A program made the position numbers and the translations under genes. Of a stretch of 64,000 nt of DNA, positions 30,787-39,299 are shown one piece after another. Below the pieces are notes generated by a model. That model had not been told where the DNA came from. It saw only the letters and a list, made by a program, of their open reading frames with translations, and ran no database searches. This stretch comes from Gemmatimonadales bacterium (GTDB lineage: Bacteria > Gemmatimonadota > Gemmatimonadetes > Gemmatimonadales > GWC2-71-9): the NCBI GenBank assembly GCA_037189525.1, contig JBBCJC010000002.1, positions 1,184,001-1,248,000 on the forward strand, written 5' to 3'. Position 1 is the stretch's first letter. Each line of letters begins with the position of its first letter.

Positions 30787-33234
30787 ATGACATCGCTCCT
30801 GCTCGACTTGCGCGCTACACTCCGCTCGCTAGGCAGGAGCGCGGGTTTTACTGCGGCGGCCGTCGCCACGCTCGCGCTGGCCGTGGCGGCCAATGCGACC
30901 ATCTTCAGCCATGTCCGCGGCATGTTGCTCCGACCGTTGCCGTATCCCGAGCCGGACCGCCTGGTCCTCGTGGAAACCGTGCGCGGTGGCGAGCGCGGCA
31001 AACTCTCCGCCCTCGAAGTGCGCGACCTTGACCGCGAAGCGAGCACGCTGGCCGGTATCGCCTCCTTCCGGCCAACGCAGTACACGGCGACCAGCGATGG
31101 CCAACCGGCGGTCTACATCGCGTCGATGAGTACCTATCGGCTCTTCGAGGTGCTGGGGCGTTCGCCTGCGCTCGGCACGGGCTGGCCCGCTTCGGACGAT
31201 GGGACGACGCAGTACAAGGTCGTGATCAGCGACCGGCTCTGGCGCGATCGCTACGGCGCTGACCCGGCGATCATCGGCAAATCCGTGATGCTCGACGTCT
31301 ATCCCTATGAGGTCATCGGCGTTGCTCCACCGGGGTTCGATTTCCCCGCGGGTATGGACCTCTGGCGCCGCGCCGGCGCCGCGGACTTTGAAAGCCGTGC
31401 GATCCGAAGCACGGGAGCAGTTGCGCGGCTGGCGAAAGGCGCCACGCTGCGCGACGCCCAGGCGGAGCTCGATGCGCTCGCCGCACGTTACGCCGAGATC
31501 GATCCCGAGACCAATCGTGGGGTCCGCTATCTCGCGACGCCGCTCCATGAGTACTGGGTCGGCGAAATTCGCCCGTATCTCATCGGGCTCGCGGCAGCCG
31601 TTGGGCTGGTGCTTCTGCTCGCCGCCGTCAACGTGGCGCATCTGGCGCTGGTGCGTGCTTCCGCCCGACAACGTGAACTGGCTGTTCGGGCGGCGCTTGG
31701 TGGCTCGCACGCCGCCGTGCTGCGTGGCGTGGTGCTCGAGGGTATGGTGATCGGTCTGGCCGCGGCCGCGCTCGGTCTCCTGCTCGTGCCGCCGGCCATG
31801 GCGTCGCTCGACCGGCTGGTGCCGTTCGACCGCCCCGGCTGGATGACGGTTGCCTTCGACGGGACGGTCTTCGGCTTCGGTGTGATCGTAGCGCTCGGCG
31901 CGGCGCTGATCGCGATGACGTGGCCGGCGTGGCGGATCGTGCGCCGCGACCCGTTTGGTACCCTTCGTTCGTCGGGCAAAGGTGGGCACGAAGCCGATCC
32001 CGCTCCCCGGCGGTTCCGCGACGCGCTCTCGGTTGCGCAGGTAGCTATTGCGACTGTGCTGGTGTTCGGCGCACTCAGCGTTGGTTCGACCATGACGCGG
32101 CTTCGCGCCGTCGAACTTGGCTTCGATCCGGATCGGGTCCTGGCGCTCAAGATCGATCCGCCGTGGACGTCGTATAACACGGTGGCGAATACTGCGCCCT
32201 TCTACCAGCGGGTGCTGGAGGACATACGCGGGCTACCCGGCGTCGTCGCCGCGGCCTCTAACGTCACGATGCCGTATGCCACGCAGAATCCGGCCGAGGG
32301 GCTGCATCGGCAGGTGCCGAGGCTCGACACCCAGTCGCCGGATGAGATTGCGGCCAACCCGTTCGTCAACCTGCAGGTCGTGAGCCCGGGCTACTTCGAG
32401 GCGATGCGCATCCCGATCGATGCGGGGCGAAGCTTTACCGAGCTCGACGACGAGACGACGACGGCCGCGGCCATCGTCAGCCGAAGCCTGGCACGGCGCC
32501 TCTGGCCCGGTAGCGATCCGCTCGGGCGGCGCATTGCCATCGGCGAACTGGACGGCAACTACCGGCCGGCGGCAACCTCGGCGAGCCCCGTCGTCTGGTA
32601 TGAAGTCATCGGGGTCGCCGGCGACATTCGGCAGGCCGGCCTGTCGAACGACCCGACCCTCGATTTCTATCTCTCGCACAACCAGCAACTGGCGCCGGAA
32701 ACCTATCTCGTGGTTCGCACCCGGGACGATCCCCGCCGCCACGTCGACGCGGTGCGCGCGGCCGTCCAGCGCGCGGACCCGCTCCAGACCGTCTTCGACA
32801 TCAGGCCACTGTCGGAACGCGTCGAGCGCACCTACTGGCGCCCGCGCCTGGCGCAGGTGCTGCTCAACGTGTTTGCTCTCCTGACTATCGTGCTCGCCGC
32901 GGTGGGTGTGTCCGGCGTCGTCGGCTTTACCGTCACTCGGCGGCTCCACGAACTCGGCATTCGCCTAGCGGTCGGTGCGAGCCCGGTGGAGTTGCGTCGT
33001 GAGGTGCTGTGGTCTGCTGCGAAGGTGGGCGGGGCGGGGGCGGCTATAGGACTTGCGGTGGGCATTACCGTGATGAGCGCAGTGCGGCTCCGGGCGCCGG
33101 CGGTGGCGTCGGCCGGTGCCGGCGTGACGGCCGCGGTGCTGCTCGGTGCGCTTGCGGTGACGGTTGCCGCGGCATGGTGGCCCGCGCGGCGCGCCGCCAG
33201 GGTCGAACCGCTTGCCGTGCTGAGGTCGGAGTAG
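30787..33234 (+). CDS. ADOP-type duplicated ABC permease (no prefix domain)
   Basis: DLRATLRSL, LPYPEPDRLV, RELAVRAALG, ELGIRLAVGA, PARRAARVEP. Confidence 0.88.
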   Translation: MTSLLLDLRATLRSLGRSAGFTAAAVATLALAVAANATIFSHVRGMLLRPLPYPEPDRLVLVETVRGGERGKLSALEVRDLDREASTLAGIASFRPTQYTATSDGQPAVYIASMSTYRLFEVLGRSPALGTGWPASDDGTTQYKVVISDRLWRDRYGADPAIIGKSVMLDVYPYEVIGVAPPGFDFPAGMDLWRRAGAADFESRAIRSTGAVARLAKGATLRDAQAELDALAARYAEIDPETNRGVRYLATPLHEYWVGEIRPYLIGLAAAVGLVLLLAAVNVAHLALVRASARQRELAVRAALGGSHAAVLRGVVLEGMVIGLAAAALGLLLVPPAMASLDRLVPFDRPGWMTVAFDGTVFGFGVIVALGAALIAMTWPAWRIVRRDPFGTLRSSGKGGHEADPAPRRFRDALSVAQVAIATVLVFGALSVGSTMTRLRAVELGFDPDRVLALKIDPPWTSYNTVANTAPFYQRVLEDIRGLPGVVAAASNVTMPYATQNPAEGLHRQVPRLDTQSPDEIAANPFVNLQVVSPGYFEAMRIPIDAGRSFTELDDETTTAAAIVSRSLARRLWPGSDPLGRRIAIGELDGNYRPAATSASPVVWYEVIGVAGDIRQAGLSNDPTLDFYLSHNQQLAPETYLVVRTRDDPRRHVDAVRAAVQRADPLQTVFDIRPLSERVERTYWRPRLAQVLLNVFALLTIVLAAVGVSGVVGFTVTRRLHELGIRLAVGASPVELRREVLWSAAKVGGAGAAIGLAVGITVMSAVRLRAPAVASAGAGVTAAVLLGALAVTVAAAWWPARRAARVEPLAVLRSE

Positions 33235-33304
33235 AGTGCGAAGCGTGCGGCCCCGTTGCGGACCACCATGGGCGCACTGCCTTGGTCGGCTGTCGGTAGC
33301 CGGA

Positions 33305-33874
33305 TCAGCGCTGGTTGAACCGCTCGAGAAGCGACACGCGCTGAACGGCGTCGTCGATGCGATAGAAGCTGGTCAGACGGCCGTCGGCTGCATCTACGCC
33401 GACTTCGAACCGGCCGACGACGGTGATCGGCAGATGCCCGAACGGAATCCGCACGCCCGGCCGCATATGCACCAGCACCCAGTCGTTCGGCCGGACTGGC
33501 GCACCGAAAAAGCACATGTCGTAGCTGCCGTTCATCATGAACACGGTCACGCCGTTCTGGTCACCCTCGAGGGGGAGCATGAAGCCACGGAGCGCGACGG
33601 TCTGATGATGCGCATCGAGAAGGACAGTCGGTAGCTCGGCAGGGCGGAAGCCGTCGGCCACACTATCGCCCACTTTCAGGTCGAAGGTGAACGAAGACAG
33701 ATCGGAGAAGGTGAGGATCGTGGTCCCGCTCGGAACGGCGCCCACCGGAATCGCAGGCCCCCGTTTGGGCGGAAGCATGATATAGGCAAGCGCGCCTCCG
33801 ACGAGCAGGACGCGAATCCCCCATCGCTTCCACCTGGCAGATGTCGCTCGGTCGGGTTCGGCTGTGTCCTGCAT
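33305..33874 (-). CDS. DUF3299-like protein (paralog 1, membrane-anchored)
   Basis: LRGFMLPLE..NGSYDMCFFGAPVRPNDWVLV..PITVVGRFEVG..FYRI. Confidence 0.7.
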   Translation of the reverse strand: MQDTAEPDRATSARWKRWGIRVLLVGGALAYIMLPPKRGPAIPVGAVPSGTTILTFSDLSSFTFDLKVGDSVADGFRPAELPTVLLDAHHQTVALRGFMLPLEGDQNGVTVFMMNGSYDMCFFGAPVRPNDWVLVHMRPGVRIPFGHLPITVVGRFEVGVDAADGRLTSFYRIDDAVQRVSLLERFNQR

Positions 33875-33934
33875 GACAGGAACTCCTTGATATGCCCTCA
33901 GCGCCTCGCGGGTTCCGCCGATTCGGGATATTGT

Positions 33935-33956
33935 TGATAATAATAATCTGTTATTG
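33935..33956. promoter_or_regulatory. GATAAY-N8-RTTATC operator copy
   Basis: TGATAAT-aataatct-GTTATTG between the divergent DUF3299 and ADOP genes. Confidence 0.65.
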
Positions 33957-34001
33957 TTAAGTCAGGGACACGGAATTCCGTTCAAACAGAGGCGGTCCGC
34001 G

Positions 34002-36410
34002 ATGGCAATGGCCCGATGGCAGGGAGCAGGTCGTGATCTTCGCTCGGCGATCCGGTCCATGTGGACTCGACCCGGTTTTTCACTGGTCGTCATCGTGACG
34101 CTGGCTTTGGGGATCGGCGCCAACACGGCGCTGTTCAGCATCGTCGACGCGGTGCTGCTCCGCCGTCTGGCCGTGCCCGAGCCGGATCGCGTGGTGGTGC
34201 TGGAGGAGCGACATGACGGCTGGAGCACCACGCTGGCGTCGGCCCATGCGTTTCTCAATTGGCGCGAGCGGACGACCTCGTTCGGAGCGCTTGCGGCGAC
34301 CGCCTGGTGGGATGCGAATCTGGAATCGAGCGACGAGCCGCTTCACCTCACCATGGTCTACACCATGGGAGACTACTTCGCGGCGCTCGGGATTGCGCCG
34401 GCACTCGGCCGCGCCTTCAGCGCCGAGGAGAGCGGGCCGGGTGGTGCGAGCGCCGTCATCCTGAGCCATGGGCTCTGGTCGCGGCTCGGCGCGGATCCGG
34501 AAGTGGTCGGGCGAACGCTCACGATCGGCGGTGTGTCGTTCACCGTGGTCGGGGTGATGCCGCCGTTCGACCGGCTCGATGTCGATCAGGGCTGGGGCGA
34601 CGCCTGGGTGCCGTCTCCCATGAATCTCGAGAACATCCGTGCCAATCCCAACGGCTGGCGAGGATTTCGAGTCGTGGCTCGCCTCCAGCCGGGCGTTGCC
34701 ATCGAACGCGCCCAGACCGAGCTCGTTGGGCTGAGCCAGCAGCTGCGGAGCGAGCACCCGGCGCTGTACGAAGGATATCGCCCGGTCGTACGACCACTCC
34801 ACGACCTGCTCGTCGGCGAGGTGCGTCCGATCGTGCTGGTCCTGTGGGGGGCCGTGGCGCTGGTGCTCCTGATCGTCTGCACCAACGTGGCCACCCTGCT
34901 CCTGGCGGGCGGGGCGACGCGGCGTAAAGAAATGGCCGTTAGGCTGGCGCTCGGTTCGGGTCGGCAGGCCATGATACGGCAGATGCTGCTGGAAAGCGCC
35001 GTGCTGGCCACGCTCGGCGCCGTGGTGGGCATCGGATTGGCTCTGCTCGCCTTGCGGCTGTTCCGCGCCGGCTACGGAGATCTGCTGCCCGGGCTGGATC
35101 CTCGGGTGCTCGACGGCGTGGTGCTGGCATTCACCGCAGCCATCGCGGTTGTCACCGTCTTCCTGTTCGGGATGGCCCCGGCACTGACGGCGGCGCGCAC
35201 CAGTCCCGGCGCAGTGCTGAAGGACGCGGCAGTGGGCCGCGCTTCCAAGGGGCTCGATGCGCTCGTCGTGGCGCAGGTGGGCCTCGCGGCACTGCTTCTC
35301 GTCGGCGCCGGTCTCATGCTCAAGAGCATCTGGAAGCTCATGCGCGTCGATACCGGACTCACGACCGAATCGGTCCTCACGTTCGATCTGAACATTCCGA
35401 CCTCGCGCTATCCCACGGAGGTGACGCGCGCAGCGTTTTTCCAGGCGCTGCAGGCCCGATTGGAGACTGTGTCTGGTGTCGAAGCGGCCGGCGCCAACCG
35501 CTACTTCCCGCTGCGTCCGCGACAGTACAGCCAGCCGGTGCTCGTCGAGGGCCGCCCGGTCCCGGAGGGGCACGAGCCGGTGGTCCACTATGGCGGGATT
35601 ACCAGCGGGTATTGGAGTGCGCTTGGCATTCCGCTGCTCGAGGGTCGTGACTTCACCGCGCAGGAGATGTGGGAGACGGACGGCGCCACCATCATCAATC
35701 GCTCGCTTGCCACGCTGCTCTTTCCGGGGGAGTCGTCACTCGGCCGGCGGATCCAATACGGCGGCGAATGGCGGACCATCGTCGGCGTGGTGGGCGATGT
35801 CCGGCAGCGGCACCTCGATGAACGGGCGAGCCCACAGGTCTACAGTCCATATTCCGAGTATCCTCACACGACGATGACGTTCGCCGTGCGCACCGCGAGC
35901 AGCCCCGAGTCGTTCGTTGGTGCCATCCGTGCCGAAGTGCGAGCCCTGGATCCCGCGATCGCGATCTTCGACGTGCGGCCTCTCGAGGCGCTGGTCGAAG
36001 GGACGGTCGCGCGCCGCCGGCTTGGCGCCGTGCTGCTCGGCGGGTTTGCCGCACTCGCGCTGGCGCTTGCGGCGGTCGGTGCGTACGGTGTGATGGCCTT
36101 CTCCGTCAGTCGCCGCACCCGTGAGCTGGGCATCCGTCTCGCCCTCGGTGCCGAGTCCGCCACTTTGGCCAGAATGGTAGTGCGCGAGGGCGGCCGTCTG
36201 GTCCTGGCCGGAATGGCGCTGGGCTTGGCGGCAGCGCTCGCTCTATCGAGGGTGCTGCGCAGCCTGCTGTTCGACGTTCCGCCGTTCGATCCCCTTACTT
36301 ACGTGGCTGTCGCGCTGCTGCTCCTCGCGGCAGCGCTCGTGGCGTGCTATCTGCCGGCGCGCCGAGCCGCCCGAGCCAGCCCGCTGGCTGTGCTCCGGGA
36401 GGTGCCTTGA
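34002..36410 (+). CDS. ADOP-type duplicated ABC permease (no prefix domain)
   Basis: DLRSAIRSM, TLALGIGANTALFSIVDAVLLR, EMAVRLALG, RTRELGIRLALGA, PARRAARASP. Confidence 0.9.
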   Translation: MAMARWQGAGRDLRSAIRSMWTRPGFSLVVIVTLALGIGANTALFSIVDAVLLRRLAVPEPDRVVVLEERHDGWSTTLASAHAFLNWRERTTSFGALAATAWWDANLESSDEPLHLTMVYTMGDYFAALGIAPALGRAFSAEESGPGGASAVILSHGLWSRLGADPEVVGRTLTIGGVSFTVVGVMPPFDRLDVDQGWGDAWVPSPMNLENIRANPNGWRGFRVVARLQPGVAIERAQTELVGLSQQLRSEHPALYEGYRPVVRPLHDLLVGEVRPIVLVLWGAVALVLLIVCTNVATLLLAGGATRRKEMAVRLALGSGRQAMIRQMLLESAVLATLGAVVGIGLALLALRLFRAGYGDLLPGLDPRVLDGVVLAFTAAIAVVTVFLFGMAPALTAARTSPGAVLKDAAVGRASKGLDALVVAQVGLAALLLVGAGLMLKSIWKLMRVDTGLTTESVLTFDLNIPTSRYPTEVTRAAFFQALQARLETVSGVEAAGANRYFPLRPRQYSQPVLVEGRPVPEGHEPVVHYGGITSGYWSALGIPLLEGRDFTAQEMWETDGATIINRSLATLLFPGESSLGRRIQYGGEWRTIVGVVGDVRQRHLDERASPQVYSPYSEYPHTTMTFAVRTASSPESFVGAIRAEVRALDPAIAIFDVRPLEALVEGTVARRRLGAVLLGGFAALALALAAVGAYGVMAFSVSRRTRELGIRLALGAESATLARMVVREGGRLVLAGMALGLAAALALSRVLRSLLFDVPPFDPLTYVAVALLLLAAALVACYLPARRAARASPLAVLREVP

Positions 36411-37738
36411 TGAGGCCGCTCGTTGCGCTGGGGCTGAGCCTGGCCTGCATGGCTATTGGCTCCACCGTCGCGGGGGCCCAGACGCCGCCCGCTGCACTCA
36501 ACTGGGCCGCCGAGGATGCGGATCGGATCCGATGGTTGGAGCAGCATGGTCGCCGGGCGGCTGGAAAGCAGGTCGTCATCTACGCACCTGCCGATTCGAT
36601 GTCCGCCTCGTGGCAACACGCTCTCGTCGACACGCTGGACAACGCGCTCGCGCGCCTCCGCCGCACCATGCGGGGGCCGTATCCATGGCAACGGATCGGC
36701 GATGGCCCGGTCACCTTCTACCTCAGCCCCGGCCGGTTCGTGGCGCATGCCAGCGGATACGGGGCGGTGTTCATTCCGATCAGCCGGGTACATGAGCGCC
36801 TGGCGCCGTTCCTCCATGAGGCCAGCCACGAGTTGCTCGCGCCAGAGCCGCCGTTCTATCCCCGGGAGTTTTCCGACACGGTCGGCCTGGCGCAGGCGCG
36901 CCGCCATCCGCTCTGGCTCTTCGAGGGCGTGCCGGATTATCTGGCGCAATCGGTGTCGGCCCAGACCGGCTTTCATGAGGGCGACGTTTTCGAGATTGGA
37001 GGGCTCGGCAAAGTCGACAGCGTCTGCGCTGCGCGCGTCGCCTCGAGCCCGCGCCGGCAGGAGATCCTCGGGGTCATCGGCAGCGCCGGCCGCCTGGAGG
37101 CGCTGTTCACCACCGAGCGGGCCACGATTGCGCCGGCGTTCTATGCCTGCAGCCAGTCGCTCACCAAGCATCTGATCGATCTGATCGGGGTCCGCGAGGT
37201 TGTGGGACTCTTTCCCGCCATGAAGAACGGTACCTGGCGGGATGCGATTGCTCGCGCGGCAGCGGTGTCGATGGACACCATCACGCATCGGTGGAAGGTC
37301 CGGCTCGGGCTGGCGGTAGCCGACAGCAGCGCCGACTTGCGCGCCTTCCGTGGCATCATCGACGACTTCAACCGGTCGTGGGCGGAGCGGGATGCCCGGA
37401 TTTTCGTCAAGCACTTCGCTCCGGAGGGCGACTTCATGCAGGCCTTCGGACGTTATCGCGGCACCCGCGCAGGCACCGAAGATTTCATGGATTGGTTCCT
37501 CTCGGGGCAGAGCGCGACGTTTCAATCCCGCGAAGTCGGAACCCGGGTCAAGATGGTCACGCCGGACGTGGCCTTCCTCGAAGCCGAGTTTACGGGAGAA
37601 GGGATTCGGAACGCGGACGGGACGTTCCAGCCCGATCGGCGCGGCCAGATGATGCTGGTGCTGGCCCGCCGCGAGGGGCGGTGGCAGGTGATCTCGTACC
37701 GCTATCTGGACATCCACGCCGGCGCTATCCGGCGATGA
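36410..37738 (+). CDS. Secreted gluzincin-like metallopeptidase domain fused to a C-terminal NTF2/SnoaL-like domain
   Basis: Signal peptide; HEASH plus downstream PLWLFEG; C-terminal FNRSWAERDARIFVKHFAPEGDF..VTPDVA..REGRWQV. Confidence 0.65.
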   Translation: MRPLVALGLSLACMAIGSTVAGAQTPPAALNWAAEDADRIRWLEQHGRRAAGKQVVIYAPADSMSASWQHALVDTLDNALARLRRTMRGPYPWQRIGDGPVTFYLSPGRFVAHASGYGAVFIPISRVHERLAPFLHEASHELLAPEPPFYPREFSDTVGLAQARRHPLWLFEGVPDYLAQSVSAQTGFHEGDVFEIGGLGKVDSVCAARVASSPRRQEILGVIGSAGRLEALFTTERATIAPAFYACSQSLTKHLIDLIGVREVVGLFPAMKNGTWRDAIARAAAVSMDTITHRWKVRLGLAVADSSADLRAFRGIIDDFNRSWAERDARIFVKHFAPEGDFMQAFGRYRGTRAGTEDFMDWFLSGQSATFQSREVGTRVKMVTPDVAFLEAEFTGEGIRNADGTFQPDRRGQMMLVLARREGRWQVISYRYLDIHAGAIRR

Positions 37739-37763
37739 GGCGAGCCGGATAGCACCGCTGAGG

Positions 37764-38999
37764 CTATATCTGGTGATCGTGCTCGTCGTCGTCTTCGGCC
37801 ACCGCCCACGGTGTGAACGGGTCGGGAAAGGCTGACCAGGTGGCCGGCCCTGCCGCAAGCTCGGCATCCGTGAGCAGCGCCCGCTCCAACGATCCGCGAA
37901 TGTGTGCTTCGTCCATCGCCATCCCGATGAACACCAGTTCCTGGCGCCGGTCGCCGTAGGGCTCACACCAGGCGGCCTCGATCTCGGCCCGCGTTTCGGC
38001 GTCGTCGGGCCAGGTGGATCGTTCGGCAGCGGCCCACCAGAAACCGAGTGGCTCCGCGTGGCAGTTGGGACCCGCCTGAGACCAGTTGCCCACGAGGTCG
38101 TGTCGAGTGGCCAGCCAGAAGACTCCCTTCGACCGAACCACGCCCTCCAGGTGCTCGTGGACGACGCTCCAGAATCGAGCAGGGTGGAACGGTCGCCGAG
38201 CCCGGAATGCGAAGCTGCCGATCCCGTACTCCTCGGTTTCGGGCACATGGGTGCCACGCAGCTCCTGCAACCACCCGGGCGCCATCGCGGCGCGCTCGAA
38301 ATCGAATCGGCCGGCGTTGATAATGAGCGGCAACGGCACACGTCCGCGGGTGCTGCGGACCACCTCGGCGGCCGGGTTGAGGGTTCGGATCAGACTCTCG
38401 ATCCGGTCCAGGTGGTTGTCGCCAACCAGGTCGGCTTTGTTGAGGATGATCACGTCGGCAAACTCGACCTGATCGATCAGCAGGTCGGAGACGGTGCGCT
38501 CGTCCGCCTCGCTCAACGCCTGTCGACGTGCTGCCAGCGTCTCACCCTCTGCCACGTCATTGAGGAAGGTGAACGCGTCGACCACCGTCACCATGGTATC
38601 CAGACGCGCCACCGTATCGAGCGCGCGCCCCGACTCGTCCTCGAAGGTGAACGTTTCCGCCACGGGCATGGGCTCGGAGATCCCGGTCGACTCGATCAGC
38701 AGATAGTCGAACCGGCCATCACGGGCCAGCTTCGCGACCTCGATCAGGAGATCCTCCCGCAGGGTGCAGCAGATACAGCCGTTGCTGAACTCGACCAGCC
38801 GCTCGTCGACCCGGCTCAGCGCCGCATCGCCGCCCCGCACCAGCCGAGCGTCGATGTTGATTTCGCTCATGTCGTTGACGATCACGGCGACCTTGAGCCC
38901 CTCGCGATTGGCCAGGACGTGGTTGAGCAGGGTGGTTTTCCCTGACCCCAGAAATCCGGAAAGAACGGTAACGGGCAGACGCGATTCGGGAGTCGGCAT
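37764..38999 (-). CDS. COG0523 (CobW/ZigA/YciC-like) zinc metallochaperone GTPase
   Basis: [54 protein letters not shown]. Confidence 0.93.
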   Translation of the reverse strand: MPTPESRLPVTVLSGFLGSGKTTLLNHVLANREGLKVAVIVNDMSEINIDARLVRGGDAALSRVDERLVEFSNGCICCTLREDLLIEVAKLARDGRFDYLLIESTGISEPMPVAETFTFEDESGRALDTVARLDTMVTVVDAFTFLNDVAEGETLAARRQALSEADERTVSDLLIDQVEFADVIILNKADLVGDNHLDRIESLIRTLNPAAEVVRSTRGRVPLPLIINAGRFDFERAAMAPGWLQELRGTHVPETEEYGIGSFAFRARRPFHPARFWSVVHEHLEGVVRSKGVFWLATRHDLVGNWSQAGPNCHAEPLGFWWAAAERSTWPDDAETRAEIEAAWCEPYGDRRQELVFIGMAMDEAHIRGSLERALLTDAELAAGPATWSAFPDPFTPWAVAEDDDEHDHQI

Positions 39000-39040
39000 G
39001 GATCGGGCTCGAGGTGACGGGTTGCGTGAGTCAATCATAT

Positions 39041-39062
39041 TGATAATATTCTCTCATTATCA
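39041..39062. promoter_or_regulatory. GATAAY-N8-RTTATC operator copy (perfect 7-8-7 dyad)
   Basis: TGATAAT-attctctc-ATTATCA between the divergent COG0523 and rpmG genes. Confidence 0.8.
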
Positions 39063-39140
39063 TTGCAAGTGATCGATTGCCGAGTTCTGTCGGGTCGGGG
39101 CCGACGATCGACATCCGTTTTCAGCTACCTGGTCAGGTCC

Positions 39141-39299
39141 ATGGGGAACAGCAAGCGAGTGCAGGTCCGACTCCGGTCGACGGAGAGCGATTACATGTAC
39201 GTCACGACCAAGAATCCGCGCACCCATCCGGAGCGGATGGAGGTGCGGAAGTACGACCCGATCCTGAAGCGGCACGTGGTATTCAAAGAGTCGAAATAG
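39141..39299 (+). CDS. rpmG: 50S ribosomal protein L33, Cys-free (Zn-independent) paralog
   Basis: MGNSKRVQVRLRSTESDYMYVTTKNPRTHPERMEVRKYDPILKRHVVFKESK; no CxxC. Confidence 0.92.
   Translation: MGNSKRVQVRLRSTESDYMYVTTKNPRTHPERMEVRKYDPILKRHVVFKESK

Noticed and set aside
39077..39298. ORF-track N-terminal extension of the TonB receptor
   Set aside because: It overlaps rpmG entirely; the start is more plausibly at 39299 or 39332.
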